Positions 15,389-24,944 of a stretch of 24,944 nucleotides of DNA are shown piece after piece (position 1 is the stretch's first letter; every line of letters begins with the position of its first letter). The notes beneath the pieces were generated by a model. The model made no database searches, had not been told where the DNA came from, and saw only the letters and a program-made list of their open reading frames with translations. A program made the translations under genes and the position numbers. Source of the stretch: a virus. Its lineage: Duplodnaviria > Caudoviricetes. Location: positions 1-24,944 of IMG/VR virus record IMGVR_UViG_3300048007_000354. One strand, 5' to 3'.

Positions 15389-15399
15389 GTTTTAATAAA

Positions 15400-15954
15400 T
15401 TAAGCTAATACTTCTTTGAAGGTATCACATCTCCATGATACATCCATTGCTGCTGCTTCCGGTGATTCGTAACTTAAGTCGTTAGTGAATGGAAGACCAG
15501 AAGAAATCCAGCAATCTTCAAGAGTAACAGTTCTGAAAATGTCTCCAGCTCTGTTAAATTGTACGATTACAATAGTTCCAGTATAATCTTTCTTTAAGCC
15601 CATTTCTCCAGTTTGTGGATTATAAGCTAAGTTATACCATTGTCTTAGTGTTTTATATAAATAAGCCTGGTTTGCGTCATTTAAGTTTAAAGAGAAATTG
15701 ATAGACACTGTAAGTGAAGTATCATCTGGCATACCAGCATAAGATCTCTTTGAGAACTTGTATTTTTGTTCGACGGTACCTGCTTCTTTGTATAATTCTA
15801 ACCCGCCAACTGTGTTAACGTGTTGAAGTAGTAAGGGCGCATCAGCTACACCAGCTGGAGGTAAAATAGTTACCTCGAATAAGTTTCCTTGTACTGGTTC
15901 AAACTGTCTACCCGCCTTGCTTGTTTGATCTTGTGAATAATGTGGTAAAGCCAT
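15400..15954 (-). CDS. Tail tube protein (T4 gp19-like)
   Basis: Follows the sheath gene; NLFEVTILPP, LRQWYNL, GLKKDYTGTIVIVQFNRAG, LEDCW. Confidence 0.85.
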   Translation of the reverse strand: MALPHYSQDQTSKAGRQFEPVQGNLFEVTILPPAGVADAPLLLQHVNTVGGLELYKEAGTVEQKYKFSKRSYAGMPDDTSLTVSINFSLNLNDANQAYLYKTLRQWYNLAYNPQTGEMGLKKDYTGTIVIVQFNRAGDIFRTVTLEDCWISSGLPFTNDLSYESPEAAAMDVSWRCDTFKEVLA

Positions 15955-15978
15955 AAGTCTTTAATGTTTTATTTTTAT

Positions 15979-15986
15979 TATATATC
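15979..15986 (-). promoter_or_regulatory. GATATATA putative late promoter
   Basis: In the sheath-tube intergenic gap. Confidence 0.62.
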
Positions 15987-15989
15987 TTT

Positions 15990-18680
15990 TTAACTAAAGT
16001 TTCCGGTTGAAATTTCGCCAGTATTTAGAATTGTTGTTCTATGTACAACTATTTCTAAGCCTTTAACTGGTTCAACAAATGTATCTATGATACCTATGTT
16101 GTTATCAATTACTTCACCTGTGTTATTTGATTGGTCCATTACGTTTTTGAAGTCATAAACACCACCATCTTGTCTAATAGATTCCATTAATGAATCCGCT
16201 AGAGTTTTTATTTCTAAACGAGTTTGTGCATTATTAAATTCAAATACGTAATCTTTAAGAATATCTGCCATTGCGTCTTGAATGTAAATTAACACTTCTC
16301 TAACGTGAGCTGAAGATAGTGATGATTTAATAGACTGTTGTGCAGTTTTATTTCCTAAGATAGTTAAACCAACTCCTCTTTGGAATACTATTGGGTTATA
16401 TCCGAATGGCTCTAGAATGTCTCTGTCTGATTTATCAAAAGAATATTCAGCTCCTGCAACATTAGTTCCAGCAACAACACCTCTTCTTGGACCAGCAACG
16501 ATTGACCATGGTAAAGCATCCGTGTATTTGTCTATGTAGTTATTAGATACATACGCAGCTGGTGGAACCATTACGTCTTTTCCATTTTCTCTTACAATAA
16601 GACCAGGTCCGTAGTAGAATGCATAATTTGCACCATCTGCGATACTTGGTAATGTGTATAGTGATGTTGGGTTTTTATCTAAATTACCTCCATCTGGAAT
16701 AAATGAAGTTTGGAATGATCCATCAAAAGAAGAAGTAAATGAAGGGTCAGTCGAAGCTTTAAAGTCCTTTATCATTGGAGCATTTAAGATAGCTGACGCA
16801 TTTTGTCTTTCTTTTGCTAACTGAGATAACTGTATTTTGTTTCTTAGTTGTCCATCGAAAGAAGCGAATGTATCAACAATATATCTAAAGTCGATTGCAT
16901 CTTTATCTACTAAACCTGTAGCTAAACCTGTTCCTACTTTTATTGCTTCTAAACATGAATTGATAGTTTCTCCTTCAATCACAGCGCCATTTAATACGAA
17001 TGGAGTGTATGATACTGCTGCATCTTCTAAAGATTCTACATAGAATCCGTTAAATAGCTCTGGAGCAGCTTCAGTTAATTTAACAGTGTAAACCGTGTCT
17101 GCGCCTGAAGTAGATCTAATTACTTGAGAAATTAAAACTAATCTGTCTCCACTTCTAAAGTAGTTTCCTTTTTTGAATTCAGGTGAAAAGCTACCAGCTC
17201 CACTATATGTAAAGACTGCATCTGTTCCATTTGCAGAATATACAACATCTGTCATATCTACTGCGTGAGATCTGTTTTCAATATCGTATGATAATACTAC
17301 TTGATCTTGTGCACCTTCATCAAAAGTGTGTCCAACTAAATCAATTGGAGTTTCAGCTGATTCATCAGTTACTGAAATTTCATCGATTGCACAGAATAAA
17401 CCTGTTCTTCTAGCTTCAGCGTTAATCATTGTTTCAACATACATGTTTCTTCCTTCTAAGTCTTTAAAACCTGGAAGCATAGAACCAGTATAAGAACCTA
17501 TCATTTCAACTTGTCTTAAGTTTGCAAATTGTTCTAATAAATCTTTTCTTAAACCTTTACTATCAAAGTAATATCCGTAAACTGGGTCCGTATCCATTGC
17601 AGCTGCATCAAAAGAACCTTTGAATACAAATACATCTATCATGTAATCTGACATTAAATCTTTGTCATTTAAATATGCTGGAACATTTCCTTCACCATAC
17701 CATTCTCTTGCAGTAATATCAAATCCTGCAGTATCTTGAGCTTTTCTTGAGAAAACTGTGATAGGTGTTTGTTTGATGTTTACGAAGTTTAATACTTGAT
17801 TAGGATCAGTATAATCTGGACCTGCATTTAAAGTTTGTAATAACTTTTCATCAGAAGGAATCATAAATTTGTCAGTGTCAAAGAAACTAGCATAAGAATA
17901 GTCTCCAGTTTGATGACCTAATTCAGGATATGTTGCAACAGTATGGTCTGCAGTTACATCAGCTTCTGAGTATGTATCTGGTAATACTTCAGGAATAGTC
18001 GATGCCATATCATAAATATTAAAGCTTGTTGCAGGACCTGCATGATTTGAATTAATAACAGATGCCGCTGTAATCACAGTATCGTTACCGTCAAATTGAG
18101 CACTTGCTGCGATATGAGGTTCGCTACCTGCATCTGAAAGTAAAAAGAAAGAATTTGGTAGGCTAGATGTTAAATCTACACCTGTTAATGTTAAAGTTAA
18201 ACCGTCTAATGAAAGTGTAGCTGGTGCCGCATCTGAAATAGAAGTTGCTAATGGAGCCTGTTCAGGTGATCCAGTACCAGGAATAGCTTCTCCTGCTACC
18301 CATGTATTTCCAGCTGGTCTTTCCATCACTGCTTCAGTAGAGTAAGATCCGTTCGTTGAAACTTGTATAGCTGAAGCTAAATCATTTGAATCAAAACCTG
18401 CAAGGTTAAGAGCTAAGATAGGACCTCTTGAAAGAGCAGCCTGTGCTGATCTATGAAAGAACATTCCTTTTTTCTCTAACGACTTGTCAATGTTTCCATA
18501 CACTTGAATGAAAGCTTCAACGTTTTCGATTAATACTGGTGTATTATAAGGTCCTTTTCTTGAGTGACCAACAACCAGTCTAAGAGTAGATACGTCAATG
18601 TTAGCTGTTTGAGATTTATCAAATTCTAATCTGTAAACGCCTGAACTCTTGAATTGTAATAATTGAGGACTTAGTGCCAT
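15990..18680 (-). CDS. Contractile tail sheath protein (T4 gp18-like)
   Basis: SSGVYRLEFD, KGPYNTPVLI, VPPAAYV, PWSIVAGPRRG, NPIV, GNKT, HVREVLIYI, VFEFN, DQSNNTGEVIDNN. Confidence 0.93.
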   Translation of the reverse strand: MALSPQLLQFKSSGVYRLEFDKSQTANIDVSTLRLVVGHSRKGPYNTPVLIENVEAFIQVYGNIDKSLEKKGMFFHRSAQAALSRGPILALNLAGFDSNDLASAIQVSTNGSYSTEAVMERPAGNTWVAGEAIPGTGSPEQAPLATSISDAAPATLSLDGLTLTLTGVDLTSSLPNSFFLLSDAGSEPHIAASAQFDGNDTVITAASVINSNHAGPATSFNIYDMASTIPEVLPDTYSEADVTADHTVATYPELGHQTGDYSYASFFDTDKFMIPSDEKLLQTLNAGPDYTDPNQVLNFVNIKQTPITVFSRKAQDTAGFDITAREWYGEGNVPAYLNDKDLMSDYMIDVFVFKGSFDAAAMDTDPVYGYYFDSKGLRKDLLEQFANLRQVEMIGSYTGSMLPGFKDLEGRNMYVETMINAEARRTGLFCAIDEISVTDESAETPIDLVGHTFDEGAQDQVVLSYDIENRSHAVDMTDVVYSANGTDAVFTYSGAGSFSPEFKKGNYFRSGDRLVLISQVIRSTSGADTVYTVKLTEAAPELFNGFYVESLEDAAVSYTPFVLNGAVIEGETINSCLEAIKVGTGLATGLVDKDAIDFRYIVDTFASFDGQLRNKIQLSQLAKERQNASAILNAPMIKDFKASTDPSFTSSFDGSFQTSFIPDGGNLDKNPTSLYTLPSIADGANYAFYYGPGLIVRENGKDVMVPPAAYVSNNYIDKYTDALPWSIVAGPRRGVVAGTNVAGAEYSFDKSDRDILEPFGYNPIVFQRGVGLTILGNKTAQQSIKSSLSSAHVREVLIYIQDAMADILKDYVFEFNNAQTRLEIKTLADSLMESIRQDGGVYDFKNVMDQSNNTGEVIDNNIGIIDTFVEPVKGLEIVVHRTTILNTGEISTGNFS

Positions 18681-18710
18681 AGTTATTTAATTTTATTTTT
18701 TTATTTAATC

Positions 18711-18718
18711 TATATATC
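18711..18718 (-). promoter_or_regulatory. GATATATA putative late promoter
   Basis: In the terminase-sheath intergenic gap. Confidence 0.62.
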
Positions 18719-18739
18719 CGTGTAATTTTGGATTTTACT

Positions 18740-20566
18740 CTATATCAGGTCATAAATATCATATTGCATATCTCCTGCTGAATCATTTTGCTGATATAGT
18801 ATTTTTTCCATTAATTCGTACTTTTCTTTGTCTATAAAATCTAAAAGTTCTTCGATGTAGTCTGCATAGTCTGTAGTTCCAAAAAATTCCGTAGCAGTAA
18901 TTCCGGTCATAATTATATCATCATTTCCCATTTGTGCACCATAACTACCATTTCTAAGACTACCAAATAAACTAGCTTCGTTTACTGTCTCTGTGTCATT
19001 AATTTTTATTCTATTATTTTCAATTAATTTTTTAAAGTTTTGACAAAATACAGATTTATTATCGGCTTTTAATTTTATACCTGGCTTTAATGCTCTTGAA
19101 TCGTGTCTATGTTTAAATCTTAAAACCATCTCGTCTTCAAATTCATTTCTAGAAGGATAAACTGTTTGTAGATATTTTAATAGAATAGAACCGTACGTAT
19201 TAAATTCTATAATCATCTTAATATTCTCAGGATTAAATATTTCAACACCTAGCGTATATAATACTTTTGCAAAATCTTCAATTACATGTTCGTTAGACCT
19301 AAACACTGCAACTTGATTTAATCTAAAAAAATCATACATTGCGCCAGGTGTCACAGAATCAATTATATCTTTATCTTCCATTGGTTCTACTTCAAAAACA
19401 TTAATTACCGAGTAATCACCTCCGTTGCCCTCTGCAATGTCTACTGAAAACAAAAAGAATCGCTGAGAGTCCCTTGCTTCTTCAGGATCAAAATCTTTAT
19501 GAAATCCTAGGAATCCTTTAGTGTCTATTTGTATATTTTCAAAATCTTCTAAATCATGCCATACAAATTCATGTGAATTCTTTCTCATGGTTTTCATAAC
19601 CATTGGGCTTAATAATAGATTAGAAGAACTTACGAATTCATTTCCATATTGTCTATTGAACGCTTCTTCAGAACCTAAATTTCCAAGTTCTCTTTTATAC
19701 CACTCATCATTTCTGTCAGGGTGTTGCCACCAATCGATCCTCGTAGCTTTATATTCATTATCTCCTCTTTCGGCAGCTGCGTATATTTCATAGAACTTAT
19801 TAAAACCATTTGGAGTTGAAGTGATGTTAATTCTCGATACCTTTGAAGCTGAGAGCGTTGGATATACGTTTTCATAGAATGAATTTACTATTGTTGGATG
19901 AACGTGAGCAAACTCATCTAAATATAGGTTGTGAATTGTAAAACCGATACCTGATTTTGCTGTAGTTGATTGTCCAACTAATCTACATCCATTATCAGAA
20001 CGCACGTTCATTACGTCATATTTAATAATCCCGGGCTTCATAAAGAAAGGAAGGTTTTCAATAACTACCTTTGCTTTATCTATAATTTCTTTCGTTGAGT
20101 CAGATTTATTAGCTAATAATAAAGTTGTCTTATCGTAATTAAAGGTCAGATACCATGCGTTAAAAATAGAAGCTGTTACGGTTTTACCCATTTGTCTAGA
20201 AGCAAGAACAATATTAAATCTTTCGTTTTGAAAATCATGTAATAATTCTTTCTGATATTCCCTAAGCTTTACTTGTTGAATACCCTCATCCGTCATTACT
20301 ACTGCGTATTTTTCTGCAAAATAAACAATGTCATTTGCGCATTTAGCTAACTCTGCGATTTCTTCTTCAGTATATTCAAATACAATATTACCTTTACGTA
20401 AGAACTGCTTACCTTCATAAAATGGCATAGAAACCTGTGGACGATATCCTTTATCTAGTGCTACTAAAAGGTCATTAACATTCTTAGTTGACCATACTAG
20501 CTTTTGACCAGGATCGTTTTTGTCTCCTTTCGGAATCCACATATTATCTCCTACGTAATCACTCAT
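18740..20566 (-). CDS. terL: Terminase large subunit (T4 gp17-like)
   Basis: LREYQ, Walker A SRQMGKT, Walker B LYLDEFAH, TSTPNG, nuclease VDIAEGNGGDYS and NDD. Confidence 0.95.
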   Translation of the reverse strand: MSDYVGDNMWIPKGDKNDPGQKLVWSTKNVNDLLVALDKGYRPQVSMPFYEGKQFLRKGNIVFEYTEEEIAELAKCANDIVYFAEKYAVVMTDEGIQQVKLREYQKELLHDFQNERFNIVLASRQMGKTVTASIFNAWYLTFNYDKTTLLLANKSDSTKEIIDKAKVVIENLPFFMKPGIIKYDVMNVRSDNGCRLVGQSTTAKSGIGFTIHNLYLDEFAHVHPTIVNSFYENVYPTLSASKVSRINITSTPNGFNKFYEIYAAAERGDNEYKATRIDWWQHPDRNDEWYKRELGNLGSEEAFNRQYGNEFVSSSNLLLSPMVMKTMRKNSHEFVWHDLEDFENIQIDTKGFLGFHKDFDPEEARDSQRFFLFSVDIAEGNGGDYSVINVFEVEPMEDKDIIDSVTPGAMYDFFRLNQVAVFRSNEHVIEDFAKVLYTLGVEIFNPENIKMIIEFNTYGSILLKYLQTVYPSRNEFEDEMVLRFKHRHDSRALKPGIKLKADNKSVFCQNFKKLIENNRIKINDTETVNEASLFGSLRNGSYGAQMGNDDIIMTGITATEFFGTTDYADYIEELLDFIDKEKYELMEKILYQQNDSAGDMQYDIYDLI

Positions 20567-20568
20567 TA

Positions 20569-21222
20569 TTATTCTTCGTTAGGTTCTACATCTTCAATAT
20601 CTTCGACCTCAGAATCATTAATACCGGAGCGAATCATTCTCATAAGGTCTTTAGTTCCTCTTTGAACCGCAGAATCACCAGTGGAACCTCCTGATTCTTC
20701 TATTTCTCTAACATCATCCCTCTTTTTGTAAATCTCTATATCTCTAGAAATTCTTTTAGCACTTTCCTCAGTTGCCATTAAATACATTGTTTGAGATTTA
20801 ATAATATCTAACATTGACTTTTGTAGAGTTGCAAGAACTTCAAACATTCTTGGTGCTAGTTCTCCATCTTCTATAGTTTCTAATAGAGTTGTAAGGGCTC
20901 TTTCACCGGCCTGTAATTGATAAACGAGAGATGACATTGTCATTTCATCCATCTTTTTCTTAGCTGCAATATATTCGTCCTTTTCAATAATATCTTCTGC
21001 AAGATAAAATTTCATAAGGGCAGTTATTGTTTTTTTAGCTGTTTTAGTAGATCTATTTTTTAATTCTCCAAACGAAGGTAGAACTTCTTTAGGTTGAATA
21101 GGAAGAAACCCAGGATCTGTGTCCGTGGTTTCAGTTATATCTACACTTTCGCCAATAAGTTCATCAAGCTCTTTTCTAATATCTTCGGCCTGATCTTTTA
21201 TTGATTTCTTTTCTTCTGACAT
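20569..21222 (-). CDS. terS: Probable terminase small subunit (T4 gp16-like)
   Basis: Directly upstream of terL; helical with PRMFEVLATL and GTKDLM motifs resembling gp16. Confidence 0.7.
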   Translation of the reverse strand: MSEEKKSIKDQAEDIRKELDELIGESVDITETTDTDPGFLPIQPKEVLPSFGELKNRSTKTAKKTITALMKFYLAEDIIEKDEYIAAKKKMDEMTMSSLVYQLQAGERALTTLLETIEDGELAPRMFEVLATLQKSMLDIIKSQTMYLMATEESAKRISRDIEIYKKRDDVREIEESGGSTGDSAVQRGTKDLMRMIRSGINDSEVEDIEDVEPNEE

Positions 21223-21241
21223 AAGTTTTAGTTTTATAGGA

Positions 21242-21249
21242 TATTTATC
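21242..21249 (-). promoter_or_regulatory. GATAAATA putative late promoter
   Basis: Variant of the late octamer upstream of terS. Confidence 0.55.
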
Positions 21250-21253
21250 CTAA

Positions 21254-23203
21254 TTACTTGGTGTGCTTAAACTTCTGAAAACCTATACTCGGTATTGCAT
21301 TATCTATCACCCTTGACAATTGATTGTCTCTAACTATGTATTGATTTAATATATTAGATCTTTGTTCCTCTTCTATCATTTGATCGAATATTCTAATATT
21401 TGTCATATACATTCCATTTCCTCTTAATTGGAATTTACTGTTTGAATTCCATACTTCATTCAACGATTTTACTTCATTAAATTCTTCTAATAATTTACCA
21501 GAAGAAGCCTGTGGAAGGCCTGCATCATTAATCGTATATATGCTAAGACTTATTGATGAAAATTCATTACTAATATTTAAAACAAAACCATACCATTTTT
21601 GAGATAGATTAAGGCCATGATTAAATGTAGTAGTATTTCCATTTACCATAACTTTGAATTCCGTATCGTTGATGTATGTTTTAAATCCTGTTAGTGCGGT
21701 AGAATCTCCTATAACAAAATGGTCTCCTGTTCCACTAGAAAATCTAGGATTAAACCATGCAGAAAATGCAATATTTTTACCCGTTTCAAGGCTAGAGTTC
21801 TCTTCATATTCAATTGCTATTTCATTTTCTGCAATCTTAGTTAAATCATAATAATTCTTACTAACAACAGTCCATCTATTTTTAAGATCAAAATCTATGA
21901 TTTCTAGTGCTTTATTATAGAATTTTCTGATTCCGTCTTTATATGCTGAAATTACAGTTTTAAATTGTTGAGGATTTGTGTCCTTTTCTTGCTCTTCTCG
22001 CTGTCTTTCTCCAAAAATCTCTTCTACACCCGTTGTTAGTACGTCGGTAGCTGCATCAAATTCATTTTTAGATACTGAAGTTCTTTCTTGATACTTCTTA
22101 AGCATTACTCTCCAATATGAATTAGTTTTATTAAATTCATCGGCCAATGCTATAGTATGAACTTCGTACATTCTATTAATAATAGGAATATACATATAGT
22201 CTTTAGATCTAGGATATCTGCTTTTTATAAGATTTCCATCAGAATCTCTTTCGCCAAATGCTCTATCGAATTCTTCTTGTGTAATGTGAATTTCAAAGTC
22301 TGCGAAATCCATTCCAAATATATCAAACGTAATACTTTCTTCTGGAAATTCATTTCCAGGAACTAAAATCTTAATAGTTTGATTATCTACTACATTATGT
22401 AAACTATATTCCATCAGAGTAACATCTTCTGTCCTCATATCTGGTTCAGTTCTAAAATAATTAACTTCGTGTCCAAATATGTTATTTACTAATCCTGAAA
22501 TCTGCTTAATAAACTTGGTTGACTTACTTAGATTATATGGATTGAATAAATTATCGTTACATTCTTCTACAATAATGTTAGCGCATCCGTCCATTGCAAA
22601 TGGATCTAAACATTCTACACAAAAGTTAGGACACGCTTCTACAATTCCTTCAGTCGTTTCAGTCGTGTATGTTATAGATATAAGGGAAAGTGCGTTTCCT
22701 CCTGAGAGAGCAGAAACTTCAGCCTTTAAATCTAGATAAAGGGGAAGACTTCCATTAAAATCTAAATTAAATAAATCTCCAATGTTTGAAGTTTTATTTA
22801 ATTCTGCAAATTCAGAAAAAGAACCTCCCGTCTGTGACCATCTAAATTCATAATCAAATTTATTACTTTGATTTGGAACTAAAAAATAATCTATACCCGA
22901 AGGTTGTGTAGAAAAATTAGGAGGAGTTGTTAGTTCTAGATGGTAAGGATTTGTAACGCTCTGAACTTGAAATATTTTGTTACCTAATACAATTTCATCT
23001 GCATTGGAAAGATAAGTAAAATCTGTACCCATACCCTGTAGTGTAGTAGAGCCGGCTGTAACAATTACCTTTCCCTTTGTTTGTGGTGTTGTTAAGCCTG
23101 CTATAATTTCCCAGTTAGTAATCTTAATTACATTCTGAAAAGGATCCTGTAATGATGCTATTAGCTGATCTCCGTATTCGTTTGCAGTATATCCTGTTAC
23201 CAT
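21254..23203 (-). CDS. Multidomain virion protein: gp14-like neck domain with N-terminal beta domain and C-terminal LamG/ConA-like domain
   Basis: Central FGHEVNYFR...PRSKDYMYIPIINRMYEV resembles T4 gp14; C-terminal FSAWFNP...WYGFVL...MTNIRIFD resembles LamG. Confidence 0.6.
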   Translation of the reverse strand: MVTGYTANEYGDQLIASLQDPFQNVIKITNWEIIAGLTTPQTKGKVIVTAGSTTLQGMGTDFTYLSNADEIVLGNKIFQVQSVTNPYHLELTTPPNFSTQPSGIDYFLVPNQSNKFDYEFRWSQTGGSFSEFAELNKTSNIGDLFNLDFNGSLPLYLDLKAEVSALSGGNALSLISITYTTETTEGIVEACPNFCVECLDPFAMDGCANIIVEECNDNLFNPYNLSKSTKFIKQISGLVNNIFGHEVNYFRTEPDMRTEDVTLMEYSLHNVVDNQTIKILVPGNEFPEESITFDIFGMDFADFEIHITQEEFDRAFGERDSDGNLIKSRYPRSKDYMYIPIINRMYEVHTIALADEFNKTNSYWRVMLKKYQERTSVSKNEFDAATDVLTTGVEEIFGERQREEQEKDTNPQQFKTVISAYKDGIRKFYNKALEIIDFDLKNRWTVVSKNYYDLTKIAENEIAIEYEENSSLETGKNIAFSAWFNPRFSSGTGDHFVIGDSTALTGFKTYINDTEFKVMVNGNTTTFNHGLNLSQKWYGFVLNISNEFSSISLSIYTINDAGLPQASSGKLLEEFNEVKSLNEVWNSNSKFQLRGNGMYMTNIRIFDQMIEEEQRSNILNQYIVRDNQLSRVIDNAIPSIGFQKFKHTK

Positions 23204-23225
23204 TTAATTTCTAGTATCTTTTGAC

Positions 23226-23233
23226 TATATATT
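23226..23233 (-). promoter_or_regulatory. AATATATA putative late promoter
   Basis: Variant of the late octamer upstream of ATG 23203. Confidence 0.45.
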
Positions 23234-23245
23234 CGTTAAAGAAAG

Positions 23246-23899
23246 CTAGTAATCAGTGATTAATAATATCTTAGGATTATCATCCTGGATTTTTGATTCT
23301 ATACAATCCATGAGATCAAGGGCTGTATCAAATTCTTTTCCATCCGATCCTTCTCTAGATCTTACAAAAGAATCTAATGCATTAAATATGTGAGAAGCAT
23401 AGTGTCTAGCATACGGAACGTTCTTCTTCATTAGACCCAAGGAAATCAAAGTATTGTTTATTTCATCAAGGTCTTCCTTTTGTTGAAAGATATCGTATAA
23501 TTTAAAAGTTCCTGCTAAAACTTTAAAGTTAAATCTAAGGGTTTTGACACCGTCTATTTCGGATAGTCTACTGTAGGATTTATTTTTATTAATTGTTATT
23601 TTAACGTATTCTAGATTTAAAAAATCGTTTATTATTTTATGTAAAAAATAAACAGTAGTAGCTTCCTTATGAAATTGTTCAAAGCCCGTTGCGTTTATTC
23701 TATTAATATCGTTTTGGAAATTTTTCTTTAGAAATAAATCTAGCTGATCTTTGCTAATTAAAAGAGATCCATCATTAACAACCCTATAATCTAATTGATT
23801 TTTTATCAGTGTGATAATTTTATTATCAATGTAATTATATTTGAATAGAGTGGTGTCAACGACTGTTACCACTTCATTAAAGTCGTAATAGCTAATCAT
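23246..23899 (-). CDS. Hypothetical protein
   Basis: 217-aa ORF tiling on the coding strand. Confidence 0.75.
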   Translation of the reverse strand: MISYYDFNEVVTVVDTTLFKYNYIDNKIITLIKNQLDYRVVNDGSLLISKDQLDLFLKKNFQNDINRINATGFEQFHKEATTVYFLHKIINDFLNLEYVKITINKNKSYSRLSEIDGVKTLRFNFKVLAGTFKLYDIFQQKEDLDEINNTLISLGLMKKNVPYARHYASHIFNALDSFVRSREGSDGKEFDTALDLMDCIESKIQDDNPKILLITDY

Positions 23900-23900
23900 A

Positions 23901-24332
23901 TTAATATACCTGCATTGTATTTTCTAATTTCAATAAACTTTCGTTTAATTCAATAGGATTAAATTTTTTAAGATCATTGAATTCTCTCATTCCAATCTCA
24001 TGTCTTTGTAAAAAGAATTTGATTGTTTCTTCTTTAGGTATATATTCTTTTTTTGATTTTTTAGGCTTTGGTGTTGCCTTCTTAGTTTTAGTGTATATCC
24101 ATCCTGGAACTGATCTAAATCTTGAAGATACCATGTGCCAGCTATCGATAACAGCATTACCATTAATTCCATTCACATTAAATAACTGTGCGTTTGATGG
24201 ATATTTAATAGCAAAAAATCTGTTAATCATGAAGTGATGTCTCTTCTTATTAAAGTTCTTTACATTCTTGTATTGATTAGGTTTTGTAAACATAATCTTT
24301 ACAAAATCAAATAATTTTGTTTCGTCTAGCAT
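23901..24332 (-). CDS. Hypothetical protein, weak resemblance to T4 gp62 clamp-loader small subunit
   Basis: The ORF is solid; FDFV...FMINRF...AQLFN...W...K-rich layout recalls gp62 but is tentative. Confidence 0.45.
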   Translation of the reverse strand: MLDETKLFDFVKIMFTKPNQYKNVKNFNKKRHHFMINRFFAIKYPSNAQLFNVNGINGNAVIDSWHMVSSRFRSVPGWIYTKTKKATPKPKKSKKEYIPKEETIKFFLQRHEIGMREFNDLKKFNPIELNESLLKLENTMQVY

Positions 24333-24337
24333 ATAAA

Positions 24338-24363
24338 TTATACCTTAAACTTAAAGTAAGTTT
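24338..24363 (-). promoter_or_regulatory. AAAC-N16-GTATAA ECF-type promoter candidate
   Basis: Minus strand AAAC TTACTTTAAGTTTAAG GTATAA fills the intergenic gap before ATG 24332. Confidence 0.62.
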
Positions 24364-24944
24364 TTAAAAAAGTTCGTTTAATTTCTTAGTAGAAGGTCTT
24401 TCTTTACTACTATCGTCTTTCAACGTTGCGAATGCATCATATTTTTTTGGAGCTCCTTGTGATTTTTTCGCCATCCAATCTGTTCCTTCTAGAATTTTTT
24501 CCATTTGTGTAATGTTAGTAAATTCTGGTAGAATATTTCTATCTGCTTCTATATTCTTATAGATATCCTTTTGAATTGCAAGAGGAATAGTATGATAGTG
24601 TAATAGAACTAGATCTAGATTTTGATTAAATCTGATTCTAATTTCTTTAGGATCAGATTTACCAACAACCCTATAAATAATATCTACAAGTTTATTTACT
24701 TGTCCTCTATTGAAAAAATGTTCTATTGTAAATTCGCCTTCTTCTTTTTTATATTGATCTAGTATTTTTACACAGTGTTTTTCGGTAAGAGAATAATTTC
24801 TAATTTTACCATTAGAAGCTGCTTTAGTCCATGTGATAACAGATGGAATATTATCAGACTTATCACCCTGTAATATTTTACCAAATACAAAGTCGTCGCA
24901 ATTTATTTCTTGAACTTCTACCCTATTCTTATCCATCCATGCTT
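24364..24944 (-). CDS. RNase H / 5'-3' exonuclease (T4 Rnh-like), 5'-partial
   Basis: KILQGDKSDNIPSV and RFNQNLDLV...IP motifs; frame open to the window end. Confidence 0.85.
   Translation of the reverse strand, partial: AWMDKNRVEVQEINCDDFVFGKILQGDKSDNIPSVITWTKAASNGKIRNYSLTEKHCVKILDQYKKEEGEFTIEHFFNRGQVNKLVDIIYRVVGKSDPKEIRIRFNQNLDLVLLHYHTIPLAIQKDIYKNIEADRNILPEFTNITQMEKILEGTDWMAKKSQGAPKKYDAFATLKDDSSKERPSTKKLNELF

Noticed and set aside
18740-20566. Intein or intron in terminase; nested ORFs 19521..19793 and 19675..19875
   Set aside because: Length and motif order fit an uninterrupted gp17; the nested ORFs lack features.

Overview
AT-rich, gene-dense segment of a large T4-like tailed phage (myovirus). 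Every credible gene is on the minus strand. In transcription order (right to left) it holds the end of an RNase H/5'-3' exonuclease, a late virion and packaging block (gp14-like neck protein, small and large terminase, tail sheath, tail tube, gp26/gp51-like tail-assembly pair, tape-measure-like protein), then tRNA-Ser(UGA) and tRNA-Asp(GUC). An accessory block follows: PspC, thermonuclease, RmlC, PseT-type phosphatase, NEIL1-like glycosylase, flavodoxin-fold oxidoreductase, NAD-dependent epimerase, guanylate kinase and two apparently inactivated enzymes. The window ends inside an ECF-type sigma factor gene that the ORF track missed. A-rich starts without Shine-Dalgarno motifs and a TAnnTTTG-like promoter suggest a Bacteroidota host (inference). 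Most notable: three intergenic motif classes that map onto an early/middle(ECF)/late cascade; a prfB-like CTT-TAA +1 frameshift candidate joining the tail-assembly ORFs; a 15-bp long-range helix with a boxA-like arm enclosing one gene just before the tRNAs; and a possible miniature phage-shock (Psp) module. All product calls come from motif recognition by eye; no searches were run.
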